Shown here: positions 12,250 to 25,768 of the stretch, piece by piece
Numbering within the stretch: the first letter of the stretch is position 1
Layout of the letters: every line of letters begins with the position of its first letter
Source: the human T2T-CHM13v2.0 reference genome, Homo sapiens
Length of the DNA stretch: 64,000 nucleotides
Assembly (NCBI RefSeq): GCF_009914755.1
Contig: NC_060928.1
Strand: one strand, 5' to 3'
Made by a program: the position numbers and the translations under genes
The notes under the pieces: model-generated
Seen by the model: the letters and a program-made list of their open reading frames with translations, nothing else
What the model was told of the DNA's origin: nothing
Database searches by the model: none

Positions 12250-13205
12250 AGTTTCTTCAAAACCAATTTTATAAAAATTACTCTAGTTGAGATGGTCAAT
12301 GATCTCTCTTTTGCCAAAATCTGTGAGCACTTTTCAAACTACAAAATGACTGACCTCTTGGAAACATTCAGCCAACACCACTACCACCTCCCACCTTACT
12401 CTTGAAATCTTACTCTGTCTGAACATTGTTTAAATCACAATTGTGTGTGTGTGCGTGTGAGAGTGTGTGTCTGTGTGTGTGTGTGTGTGTGTGCTGGATT
12501 CCCCTCAATCTCCTTTGCCTGCTAGTCTTTTTTTTTTTTTTTTTTTTCCTGACTTTAAAACTCTAAGGGAGCCAGGACTTGGCCCTATATTTTTCTATTT
12601 AGGCTATAACTCCACTATAGACAATTTTACTCATTTTCATATCTTTAAAAAGTATCTACTTTTTAAAAATTTTTGTTTCCAGACTAAGATTCTTCTATAT
12701 CCATATGCCTATTTTGTACCTCCATATTTCTCAGAGAAATACGGCCCCAGGTCCAAGACCACACTCCTCATCTCCACATCCGTGTGCTCTTGAAGTTCTG
12801 CCCATTATATAGTATGATGCAACAGTCCACCTCTTCCCTGTCCTCATTTTTCTCAAAACCTATCATTGTGCATACCATCTATTCAACTTCCAATATATTG
12901 TACAGCCGACCACTTCTCTCCCATTCAATATTAATACCACCTTATTTCAAGATATCATCATGTCTCGCCTGCACAATCTAACCTTCTAGTATTCATCTTG
13001 AATTCAACTCTCACTCCCCACTCCAAAACCAAACACACAATTGGTTTTGAAGTTTTTATTTTGTTCAGTGTCTCTCTCCCAACAGTGCATTGGCTTCATA
13101 AAGGCAAATACTTAGGTCTATTTGCTTAATGCTGTATCCTCAGCACCTAGCCCACAGCATGACCCAGAGTATAAAGGTGAATAGATGTTGGATGAATAAA
13201 TGAAT
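12250..13205 (+). mobile_element. Degenerate L2, interrupted by (TG)n at 12443-12492 and polyT at 12527-12547
   Basis: L2-like 3' end gctgtatcctcagcacctagc...gttggatgaataaatgaat; pyrimidine-rich body. Confidence 0.55.
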
Positions 13206-14844
13206 ATGTTATAGTGATTTTTAGCCATTAGGCATGAATTGTGAGAAAGAGAATTGCAGAAAGAAACAGTTGGAGAGTAAGATCTTGAAGTTGAAGTTAT
13301 GAAAGAATTGCAATTTTGATAATAGCAAGGTCTAGAATATAAGCATGGAAAGGAAAGCACAAGGTCGATTTGAGAATAAAATCATTGAAGGAGAAAAATT
13401 CAAGATATTTAGAGATACTGGAATATCATCTACATGGTTATTGAAGTCATCAACTCTTGTGACATAGGTAGGGATGGAGAAAGGGCGAGACAATGGACCA
13501 GGAACTAACAATTTCTAGAGTCAGGATATGCAGATGACTGAATAAAGGAAAGGTAGTGAGTGGTACAGTCGGTCTTAAAGCAAAATTTGTTTAAACGAAA
13601 CCTAGAAAGCTGAATCCTATATACTGCATACAATGAAATAAGAAAATTATTTAGAAATTTTTAAATGCTCTCAAGCTGTAATAATGATGCCTATATAAAT
13701 TAATATAATTTAGAACATAAGTTTTTTTTTACTCCTTTTGTACGTCCATTTGTGACAATGTAATATAATTCAAATAAGTAGATAAGAGAAAGTCTTAATA
13801 TTTTACATGACAATAAGCAATTTAAAAGCAGATATTTAGGGAACAACATAAGGAATAATTGCTAAGAAGATACGTTCTCCATTTGCTACCACAGGAAGTT
13901 AATGATGCTTGAACAGAGTTTGAAGATTCATTCCTCATTTGTATTTAAAATGACTTTCCATCTAGTAAACAAATGTTATGTCAGAATCATAGAACTTTCA
14001 TAACTTTATTAACAAATTGTTTCTCATTTAGTCCATGTTAATAGGCAGCCAATTTAGTTATTAACATAACACTTTCTTGTAAAAATAGACAACTGCCTCA
14101 AACATAGTGAAAATAACAATCTGGTAAATTTTCTAGTGCAGAATCAAACTGATTTATTTTTTGAGAAGATAATTCTGTTTTTCAGAAAAACAGAAAGGCA
14201 TGCTTTACAAATATGAAACATTATTTAAATGCATTCATGTGCTATTCAGAAAAGTAAAAAATATGCTCATTTACTCCCACAAATTTTCTCCACAAGATTA
14301 CTCATTTATCAGTTTTAAATCTCATTCAAACTACATGCTAAATAACCAAAAATCTGTGTGCAACTGGATAAGAGCAAAAGGGTCCCTAAAATTGTCAATG
14401 TTTCTAAAATATGAATACTAAAATGTATTCTAAATAAATCAAAGAGTAATTATTGCTAGATATCTCTGGTTTAAAATGCATCAGTGCTTAATTGGCTTTT
14501 TCTTATGTTATAATCTTACATTCCCCCTTTTCACCTATCCTCCAAAATGCATGAAAATACACACATTTAATTTTTTTTATGCTACCTGAATGTGGCTATA
14601 GTTCATTTTTCTGAAACCTGGCATGTCACACTATTAGATTAGGTATAGGTGATTTTAAGTATCATTTAGTCACATATTTCATTCATTGTAAGAGAGTAGC
14701 ATGCAAAAACTATATCCAAATAAATTAGTGTCATATAGATTCACAGATTAATGTCTATACGAGAATGATTTAATTGATAAAATATTTGTGACATCAATCT
14801 GAGTTAGCTACATTCTGGAAAATCACTCGGATCTGGCCTTGTAC

Positions 14845-15038
14845 CTGCAGGATGCATTAACCAGCGTCTTCAGACTACTTGGGTTACGTATCAGCTTGTC
14901 CAACATGTTGACTATTTCATCAAACTTGGGCCTGCTATTTCGCTCTTTCTGCCAGCAATCCAGCATTAACTGATAGAGAGCAGCAGGACAATCCATGGGG
15001 CTTGGCAGACGATAGCCTTCCTCTACCGCTTTAATCAC
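14845..15038 (-). CDS. EPHA5: EPHA5 exon (approx. 16): [18 protein letters not shown]...[16 protein letters not shown], end of kinase domain
   Basis: tttatacag|GTGATTAAA ... TCCTGCAG|gtacaa; 194 nt; within ORF 14823..15065. Confidence 0.97.
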
Positions 15039-15987
15039 CTGTATAAAGCAAAACAGAACCAGCACCCCAACACCACAAATTTAGTATAGAATAGCTTTAA
15101 AAATGTCCCACTGTCCAACTTTTATCCTTTCTTATCCTTACTCTTGCAATAACAACTAGCATTACTGTCTTTAAAATCCACGGCTATTTCCATTTGCTGC
15201 AAAATACAACATAAAATAAATATACTATCATAATATAAAAAGATAGGCTTTCTTCACGTATTATAAATAAAATAAATGGTAATCATTTTTTCTTAAAATC
15301 TTGGTGAAGGGTGATTTGTAAAATTAATTGACATAAAATATACAGTTCATGTTTTATTTATCCTTGCACTCCAGAATCAAATAGAGATTAAATTTTCTAG
15401 TGATTTTTCTGAAAAGTTAATGTCTTTTTAATGAAAAACTATGTGCACAGCCACATTTTTAAAGTAATAGAACTGTAATTTTACTTCAAAAGAGACTTTT
15501 CGATGGTAAATGATGGATAAGTCAAAGGCTAAATTAGCATAACTGTCTCATGTATCATTTAATAATGTCAAGGTCTGACTGTTTATTATCATCTGCTGAT
15601 TTCTGTCAGGAATCTGGAATGACTGTCTAGTAGCACAAGAATTATAAATATCCTTGATTTTAAATGTAACCACACATATGAGTATCAGCCTAATTGTGAG
15701 GTCATTTTATCAAAACCATTTGTAATGTTGCTGCCCACATCAAAATACCTAACTTAAGAAGAAATTTGTTTATGCTACCAAACACAGCAATACAGGTTTA
15801 TTTTATTATTAAAATTCAAATATTTGAGTGATACTAAAACAAATATTAATGAACATATTTCTCAATATCTTATTTTGCATATTTCTTTAACAATTAGTCT
15901 TAATTATACTTTTTCACAAAGAATTCAGAATTGATTTGATAAATGGAAAAAATGATTAGCATAGGAGATTTACAAAGATAATTTTAA

Positions 15988-16358
15988 TTTTTTTTTCTTT
16001 TTCTGCTGGCACATAATAATTGTACATATTTATGGAATACAGAATGATCTTTCAACACAGGTATAAAATATATAATGATCAAATCAGGGCAATGAGCATA
16101 CCCATTACCTCAAACATTTATTACCTGTGTTGTGAATATTCAAAGTCCTCTCTACTAGCTTGTTGAAAATATACAAGAAGTTATTGGTAAGCATATTAAC
16201 CCCGCAGTGCTGCAGAACACAAGAATTCATTCCTTCTACTTCGCTGTAATTTCGTATCCCTTAACCAGCATCTCCCCCTCCTCCCTTCCCCTTCCTCTTC
16301 CTGGCCTCTGATAGCCACATTCTATCTACCCTTCTACTTCCATAAACTTATTTTTTTT
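15988..16358 (-). mobile_element. L1MA-type 3' end
   Basis: PolyT then ataattgtacatatttatgg...aatgatcaaatcaggg...cccattacctcaaacattta, the reverse complement of an L1MA 3'UTR. Confidence 0.85.
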
Positions 16359-18322
16359 CAAAGACAATTTTTAAGCATTGGAAAGAAAGCATTCTCCTTA
16401 TGATAAATAAAATGGCACCTGACCCAGTGCAGGGGCAGATGGAAAGAAGATTAAACGGTACTTTTAAAGTAGTTAAAACCAAGCAAATTCAAGCCTATCA
16501 CATTTGATGGTAATTTCTGTTAACTTTAGGCAAGCACATTTCTGAGGGTAGAAAATGTTGTCAGATATAATTTGGGACTTCTTTTATTTGAAGTGAGTAG
16601 AGAATACCCAGATGGCAATTTGCAGGAATCTGGCTAGAGCATAGGAGATAGCTGGACTGATAATATAAAGGTAAGGGTCATCAGCACTTGGCCACAGCTG
16701 ATGTAGTTTATATCCCCCCTGGAAAAGCATATAATAAAAATTATTAGAAATACCAAAAGCTAAGTGCAAGCAGAGAAATAAAAAGTACTCAAGGACTCCA
16801 AAATTAAATGGTCAGATAAATTCAATAACTTTGAGCAAAAGTCCTAAGAGCAGCCTACTACCTTAATTAATTTACCTCAAAAACAATATAGTAATTATAA
16901 GGCAAACTCCAGGAGAAAATGTTTTCAGTAATTATAACATATAATTAACATAACTTATTAAAATTTATACATATTGAGAAATAAAATAATAAAACAACAG
17001 ATACATGAGAAACATACTAGCCAATAATTTAAGAAAGAAATAACAATGCTAAACAAGCCTTGAAAAAATATTTATTCTCACTAATGATCAAATAAAGAAA
17101 TATTTTTAAAAATTATCATTTGCACACATAGATCGATAGAAGTTTATTTATTGGTTTGCTGATTATAAGATTTTCCATGGCTGATAATAAGGACAGTTTT
17201 TATTCCCTTTAACAGCATATAGGTATCAAAATAAAGCATCCTAATATAAATGGCTTAAGTCATGTAATATATTTGCTATACAGTGAGAATAGTAATTCTT
17301 ATTTATTCAAAACATGGTTTATTTCATAATTTGCCCTTTCTCCAAAGCTGCTACCAATTAATTCGATTTTTTTCTTTAGCACCCTTTTTTTTTCAATAAT
17401 CCTTCCTCCACTAAGCACAACAATACAGATGTTTACCTTAAACACCTTAAGAAGTTATTTGACCTGTGAAGATATTTCTAGAATTTATTTCTTATTCGGT
17501 CTTATTTTCGGGTAAATTTATACTTAGAAATACAGTGCTCTGTCTCTATATCAACTTAGAACTGGGTCCAGGTAATTAGGTCATGAAATTTAATTCTAAA
17601 TTAATTGTTAGAATTTATTTTAAAAATAGATTTGGAACTATAACTTCACATTTTATATTAGAAGTTTCCTTTTTTTTCCATTTCTAATGATTCTTTATAA
17701 TAGTTTTGGGGGAAATAGATAGCATTACTACTCTGGTAGGTTGTAAAATGATGGAAATCTACCAAAAATGACCAAAGTGCAATTTAGGTGTTCATTTTCC
17801 CATGCAACTTGTAACATATAACCAAATGAGTTATAATCTCGATGGACTTTCTCATTACTATTAGATTTGTTGATACAGGTGGCTGAGATGAACAAAGTAA
17901 AGAAAAGACAATTAGAATGAGAATTTTTACAGGCAAGCTGGCACCAGTTCAGATGTGCTATATCTGAAATAGTATAATATGCTATGCATTTTCTTGGCAT
18001 TAGCATGTAAACTGATAGTCTGAACACAATACTGCCTCTCTTTCCAATTCCTAAAAACATAACTTAGCCCCCTATATAGTATTATTCATTTGATGGCAGG
18101 GTGGCTCTCTGGGCTCCTTCTATCACATAAGTGTCATTGGGTTAGCATTTTTAGGTGTATATACCTGTTGTGGGTATGGTTGCTTTTCCCACCCACAGAC
18201 CCTCAGCCAGCAATAGGAGTTTTGAAAGGCTTTATTCACAAACACAGAATTCCACATAGTATATCACCCATCCAGAGTATGCCTTTTGCAGTAAAGAATG
18301 TATGGGGACTTAACTATCACAA

Positions 18323-18910
18323 ATAGTTAAGTCCTCACTTAATATCATGGATACGTTCTGGAAACTGTGACTTTCAGTGAAACAAAGTATAATGAAACCA
18401 ATTTAACTATAACTTTGTTGATATAAATAAACAAGAGTTAAGCTCTTAGGGCATATTTCTGGTCACAAAAACATAACTAAACTTCTAATAATGACCCAAA
18501 ACACCTCTATTATTAAACACTGAAATAAATGTGAGCTATACATACATTTAAGAAAAAGTGACAAAAACAGGTAAGATAATTGCTTATTTGCTTATTCCAT
18601 TTTAGGGCTGCAGGTGGCTGGAGCCTTCCCAGCAGCTCAGGGCACAAGGTGGGAAACAACCTTGGCCAGGACACCATCCCTTTGCAGGACACACTCACAC
18701 TCATGCCACACTCACTTGGACTGGGACCATGTAGACACACCAATTAATCTAAAGGGCATTGTATATGGAAGGAAACCCACACAGACATGGGGAGAACCCG
18801 CATGGTCCACACAGACAGTGGCCCTGGCTGTGAGTTGATATATTTGTTTTTCTTATCAACGTTATAACAAAGTGCTGTTGAACAAAATTATGTTATTTCA
18901 AGAACTTTTG
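18323..18910 (-). mobile_element. MER6/MER6A (TcMar-Tigger) element
   Basis: Ends taagtcctcacttaa... and ...gttatttcaagaacttttg|ta; core acccacacagacatggggagaac...cacacagacagtggccc. Confidence 0.85.
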
Positions 18911-19654
18911 TACTTCATGAAGTGCTGATAAATTTGTAACAACTCACTCTCCCTGGGGGAGGACAAATTTGTAATATTGTATCGTGACATGGTATAAATA
19001 CTCTCTCTATGCCAATTGTAAGCTACTAACATGGTCTCATTCAAGTAGAAATATTCTAAAAATATGCTAGCTGGTACAAGCTTGTTGGGGCACACCAGCA
19101 CACATAGTTCATTATCCAGAAGCAACAAGACACAGCTGAAGCACCAACATGGAGATAAGATTCTGAAAGTATGGGTGTTATTCTTCATGTTGCGATATAT
19201 ATATAGTCAGAGACTTCTGTGTTGTGCTCCATTCCCAGTGACTCTTGCCAGAAAACACAGCAAAGCTCCATTGAACTAACAGTTATGAATTACTCATGCA
19301 AAGAGATCAGCAGAAAAGAAGTCACCATAATGGCAAGGATAACTGATACAGAGCAGCAGGAAGCAGTTGGACTTCTTTCTCACAGTGGGGGCAGGGAGAA
19401 ATATGTGTGAAACCCCAAGAATGAGGAATTAGATCAGACCACCAGTTAAGCCACCACGACCTGCCAAGATCATAGTGAGGGGGATTCAGAGTGGATAGTG
19501 GAGGAGGGGGAGGATAAGGACCAGGTGACATCCTATGATCAACTATAGCTACAGGCTGCAGTTCATTTAGTAACCTGCCTTTTCTGAATTCTTTCTTAGG
19601 AGGAAGTGCCCACAGAACCATGAAACAGATGTTTTCTGAACCTATGCGAAGTAA

Positions 19655-20065
19655 GTGTGTCATGGCAAGAGAATAGAGCATGTCAATCATAAACATTTGT
19701 CTCTAGGCTCTTCAACTGCAGAGATAGTAATTGGCCAACAACACTAGCTGCTGTGCTGTAAAGCCCTTCATCACATGTGCACCTGCATAAAGCTTACTTT
19801 ATGCACGTTGCTTCCAGGCAATTATGGAGTATGGCAAGGATAATAAGACTCCTTTAGAACGGCATTTCTACTCCATAGCTTGCAACCAATCATCCTTCCT
19901 TCCTTCCATCTCTACTGTACCTAGGGACATACCTGTGTCACAGTCTGACATCTATCCCGGCTTCCCTTCATCCCTCCTCAATTTTTCTTAGAAAAATTTT
20001 CCTTAATATCTAATTATTTCCTGTTGACATAGGTTTCTTGGAGGGCTGGAGGGCCTAGATTAGCC
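19655..20065 (+). mobile_element. LTR16-family (ERVL) solo LTR
   Basis: ctgcagagatagtaattggcc...agctgctgtgctg...ccttccttccttcc...ttcttggagg resembles LTR16C. Confidence 0.65.
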
Positions 20066-21414
20066 TATGGATTATGTCAGTCATAGCCATGCAGGCTGTT
20101 TTTAATTATCTAAATTCATCCATATTACAAATCTACAAGATAAAAATTATTATACACATTTCACATATGAAACACCTCAGGTTCCAAATAATCAGAAGGT
20201 TTAAGAAATTGCCCAGCTAGGAAGTGGGGGTGGCAGGATTCACAAATTAAGTATTTTTGTCATGAAAACCTGTGGTCTTTCCATCTTGGTGCTGAGTCAC
20301 ACCATTGAAATTAGAAATCATCATCGCTACACTTCAACACACACCAAATAAAATAATTTGAGAGAGATATGAATGTCACCCCATAGAATCATATTTATTT
20401 GCATCATAAATAAATATACATATGAATGCCACCCTATAGAATCATATTTATTTGCACCATAAATAAATAGATATTTACATATTATATATATTATATTTAT
20501 ATAAATTATTGTGTGTGTATATGTATATATGTTATATATCTCTCTCTCCAGAATTAAAATGAGCTATTTTGGAAGATAGTGCATTCTTCATCACAGGAGA
20601 TGTGAAAATGAAGGCTTGAAAACTGAGTGGCAGGAAGATTAGGAAGATTATAGGAATTCAAGCATCAGCTGTGTGTTTCCATGAATTAAGTTCTATCTAG
20701 GGCTTGAGTACCTATGTTGCTAGGCATTTACTTGAAATCTCACATATAGGAGCTGTTACTATGAGATATGAAGCTCCCTACAAATGACTAGAGTTTATGA
20801 ATATATTTCTGGAAGCAAACCCAGATGACATAGAAATAGTTTCAGATATATCAGTTTTATTCTAAGATTCTAAGATATATCCGTTTTTATTCTAAGATAG
20901 TTATTAAAGATATATTATGTTTTTTTCTTAGTGCATCAATCTTAGATCAGTAGACTTCCAGAGATTAAAGAGATCTTAGAAATCTTCTGTTGAAGCCTAT
21001 TCCCTTTATAATCATTGAAACTGACCAAGAGTTGTAGAATCCAAGATGACTGGTTTAAGTCCAAGATTTTTGTTTTGTTGTTGTTGTTAAACATCCAGGT
21101 ACAGAAATCTTGAGCTGAAGAACTGATAATTTTTTATGTGTCATTTTTTTCAAAAGCATAAGAATTTTCATCAGGCTACTAGTTCCTAAAATAATTACTT
21201 ACATCCAAGGGCGGCATTATCCTTAAAAGATGAATATTCTTTGGTCAAAGACACTCATTTTAGATTACATAGCAATGAGGCTAAGGAGTCAAATAATTCG
21301 CTTACTGTCAAATCTTAGTAATTTGCAGCATTTGGATGAGAACTAAATTCCTCATACCCCTTCTTTAGTTAATTACAACATACTGACTCTTTATTTTAGC
21401 AAGAAATATGTCTA

Positions 21415-21711
21415 TAATATAAGCAATATACATAAACATATAAGGAATATGTATACATATGTATATGTATGTATATCTGATGTGCCAGATATACATATAT
21501 ACATATATCAGCAGTATAAATTATATGTATATGAGCAATATACATAAACATATAAGGAATATATGTTTATGTATATACATCAACATATACAATATACATA
21601 AACATATAAGCAATATACATAAACATAAAAGGAATATGTATATGAGCAATATACATACACATATAATTTATACTGCTGATGTATGTATATATGTATATCT
21701 GGCACATCAGA
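21415..21711. repeat. AT-rich composite of direct repeats and a 53-bp inverted repeat
   Basis: Unit caatatacataaacata occurs four times; inverted arms at 21476-21528 and 21659-21711. Confidence 0.9.
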
Positions 21712-22999
21712 AATGAAACAAGGAATAGAAGGAGGAAGAGAGGCACACCCAGTACAAAGCTAGTTGATCTTTTCTGGAGTCAAATAGTCTTTCTGCTTTA
21801 CAAGTAAGATCTGGGCCAACAGAAGTAGTAATAAAACGACTGGATTAAAACTGGCCAGAAAAAGAAAGCACAGAATCTGACTTCCTAAAACCAAAAAAGG
21901 CAAAAATACTTCCAATATAAGAAGATTAAAAAACAGGCTACTTAAATTAGTTTTCAAAATATTGTGCAATCTATGTACTTAGTAGAATCTATACAGTCAT
22001 ATACTCTGCAATAAATATAAGAGAAAGACCTTGTCACTAAAAATAAAAATACAACAAAATGAAATCTTTAGTTTTTATTTTAGCTTCTGAAAACTGTTGA
22101 CATTTAAAGTGTTTACTATCAATAAATAGGCTTCTACTGACTACATGATATTATCTTAGCTTCTGAGCTTGAATCAGAGTTCATGGTCTGGTATTTACCT
22201 AAAATCTCCTTAGTTGTTCTAGTTTATTTTCATTATTGTCATTACAGGTTTTCTTCCTGATGGAAGAGGCAATCCTAAATCCCAGGACTCCTACTGCTGC
22301 ATTTTGTCCTCCTGACACAGAGGAAGATCTCCTCTGTGAGATTTAGATTATCCTGCATGCCTTGGTAACGTAACATTTTCATGGTGGCAAAGCCCTTTAA
22401 GAATCAGATAGCATCTGGAATGTAGAGATTATGGAATATGTCATTTGAAATTGCCAAATCAGCACTTCTACTTTGTTTTCTGAGAATTTTTCTCCAAAGA
22501 AATATTTAGTGATTGAAATCATTAAATATAGTTGATTTGTCATGTTTCTTGGATACAAAATTTGGACAGAAATTAAGGCATAGGAAATTTAATGCTGTAT
22601 CTGAAAACTAAAATGCCACTTATGAACTAATTGAGAAAGTAACAATGCATGCATTGGACATTGTATTATAGACAGATATTTTAGAATGATCTTTAATTGT
22701 ATGATCATTTTCTGTAAACCTCATTTAAATTCTTAGAAAACCAAGTAAAAGCCAAAATATTAGTGTTTTTTTTTCTTTAAACTTCCTGAAAGGTTACATA
22801 AGCAATTTCTAGTGTTTTTCTAAGTAATTTGAAATACAGTTATCTGAAAGAGTATCAAGACACTCAAATAGCTGAAATCAGGAAAATAAAATTAAAGGCA
22901 CAAGGAAAAATAAAAATCACAAAGAAAGTACTATGAGAGTAAAAATAGATGATACTATAATGTTAAAGAAGTGATTAAGCATTAGATAAATGAACTTTT

Positions 23000-23340
23000 A
23001 TTCACTTATCTATGCAACTTTGTAGTGCCCATCCACAAAGAGTAGTGTCATTGACTCAGCACTTTGATTATGGGATTGGCCAATGAGATTTTAGCAGACA
23101 TGTTGCAGGCTGAGATGTAATTGGGCTCCTTCTTACTCTTCAGCCATTTTGCAAATGAGATCACGTTTGGGCTAGCTGCTGGTCTCAGGAGGAAAATAAG
23201 AGACTTGTGGAGGAGAGCCAAGGCATACTAATACAGACCCACTGGCCCTCAGGAACATAAGAAAGCCTAGTCAAGATGAGCAGTTATGAACATTCACCTA
23301 GCACCAGTGTTTGCACTGGTGTATAATTGTGTCTGTGACA
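23000..23340 (+). mobile_element. Old MaLR LTR (MLT1H-like)
   Basis: ttggccaatgagattttagcaga...gggctagctgctggtctcaggagga...gagacttgtggag. Confidence 0.5.
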
Positions 23341-23839
23341 GATACAACTGTATTAGGCATCATTCCTTATAACGTGGATGATCTGCTGCACAGCTGGGAA
23401 AAACTAATAATTCTGAGTGACAGGATCAGAATTCAAAATATCTCAAGTGTGAATAGAAGTTAACCAGGCAAATAAGGGATGAATGTTTCCCTTGAGTGAA
23501 GTAGACACGTGGTAGAAACCAGTATATCAAGGCTCGCTGCCAGGATGGATTAAAATACTTTCACAAAAATTAAAGGGAAGAATGGCATTGCAATGAGGTT
23601 TAGATAAGTTAGAAATGAAACCACGCAGTGTTCTGCAGGGCCTGTTAACATTTGGCATTTATCTGAAGAATAGAAAGTAGTAAATGGGTCTGGTCTTAGT
23701 CTAGACTAAGATCAAGATCAATCCAGAGTAATCATATATTCAATTGAACATTTTATATTTTATATTAAATTAGAAAGCTGATGTCGGACTATTGGTTAGA
23801 AATGAAAGAGAGGTAGGAGACATTGATTCAATTGGAGAC

Positions 23840-24030
23840 AGTGTGATGCTTAGATACAAAAATTTTGGAGAACCAGATTGAAATTTCTGGTATCACTTTC
23901 ATTATTTCTGTGATGGTAAATAAGTCATTTAACATCTCCAAGCTTCAGTTTCTTAATTGTAAAACAGTAACAATAATAGCATCCCTCTGACACAAGGTTG
24001 TTAAATATAAGTATAAATATATGTAACAGG
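23840..24030 (+). mobile_element. MIR fragment
   Basis: aagtcatttaacatctccaagcttcagtttcttaattgtaaaa core. Confidence 0.6.
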
Positions 24031-24603
24031 AATTGAATGACACAGTTTTGTCATAGTCCCGCCCCTAAAATCATAAAGCTGAAGACAATATATACCATTT
24101 TCCCAGATTTAGAGAAATGCTAGTCAGTGCTCCCCTCCCCAAGCCAAGTAAGCAGGGCATAAAGAAAACCAATTTTAGCAATTTTAAGTGACTACAAGAA
24201 GGGGAGACTCATTGTCATCCGGTGTGCTTGCTGAGAAGCAGAAATCCATAACTCCAATTTGCTGTTTCGATCAAAGAAGAATGCTATGAAATCATTCGTG
24301 GGAAAGCTGATGTGTGACCCTGGCTTTTCTTCTGGGGAAATTTGAAGAAGGCTGGCTGGAGCAGCCTGCAACAGATATCTGCAAAGAGAAGGCACTGCTA
24401 GTGCATCCAATAAGAATGTGTGTCCCTCCAATAAAGTGGACACAGCTGGAACAGTAAGAGACTGTCAGATGGGGAACAGACAGAGAGCGAGAGGAACTAT
24501 GGAAAGTCGGAGGACATCCTCCTCCTCTAGGGCCCTTGCAGAGAAAAGGGCTTCATCAAGGGTCTTTGGAAGAGCTCAGACAGATAACTCACTTGAGAAC
24601 TAA

Positions 24604-24970
<367 letters not shown>

Positions 24971-25029
24971 CGTGCCTCTTCTTTTCTCTCTCTTTTTTTT
25001 TTTTTCTAATTTGTAGTTCTTTTATTTAA

Positions 25030-25452
25030 AAAGTTAAACATTTTTTCATACATTTATTGGCCATCTGCATTCCATCCAATGTATCTTGCCAAATCTTATG
25101 CTTTGCCTATTGTTTCTATTTTTCTTAATGCTTTATTAAGTCTCATTGTATAAGTAAGTACATTATACTTTTGTTTATAATGCAGTATTGAAAATATTTT
25201 CTCAGTCTAAACTTGTATTTCTTACTTTTTGTTGTGCATTTTTCAACACATAAATTTATAATTTTGTTAGTGAAAACTATCAAACTCTTTTCTTAAATGG
25301 CTTATGGATTTTTCCTGTTTTTAAAGAAAGGCTAAATATAATCAAAATTTTTCTTCTATTATTTTTATATTCTGATTTTGACATTTCAATATTTATTCCA
25401 CCTCACATGTATATTTTATATATACATGGTGTGAAGTTGGGGTTTCATTTTG
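25030..25452 (-). mobile_element. Old L1M ORF2 fragment
   Basis: tttattggccat...catggtgtgaagttggggtttcatttt resembles antisense L1M ORF2. Confidence 0.55.
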
Positions 25453-25454
25453 TC

Positions 25455-25768
25455 TTTTTTTATTATTATATTTTAAGTTCTAGGACTTCATGACTAAAAC
25501 ACCAAAAGCAATGGCAACAAAAGGCAAAATTGACAAATGGGATCTAATTAAACTAAAGAACTTCTGCACAGCAAAAGAGACTACCATCAGAGTGAACAGG
25601 CAACATGCAGAGTGGGAGAAAATTTTTGCAATCTACCCATCTGACAAATGGCTAACATCCAGAATCTACAAAGAACTTAAACAAATTTACAAGAAAAAAA
25701 TCAAACAACCCCATCAAAAAATGGGCAAAGGATATGAACAGACACTTCTCAAAAGAAGACATTTATGC
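25455..25768. mobile_element. L1PA 5'-inverted insertion: antisense 3' terminus (25455-25484) fused to a sense ORF2 fragment (25482-25768)
   Basis: tttttttattattatattttaagttctagg is the reverse complement of the L1PA end; ORF 25490.. [23 protein letters not shown] is L1 ORF2p. Confidence 0.9.

Noticed and set aside
14823-14844. Read-through RYKARSE* after the kinase-end exon
   Set aside because: No convincing nearby polyA cassette seen; short read-through to a stop is expected at any intron.
21421-21660. Repeat-spacer appearance suggesting a CRISPR-like array
   Set aside because: Eukaryotic intron with irregular spacing and no unique spacers or cas genes.
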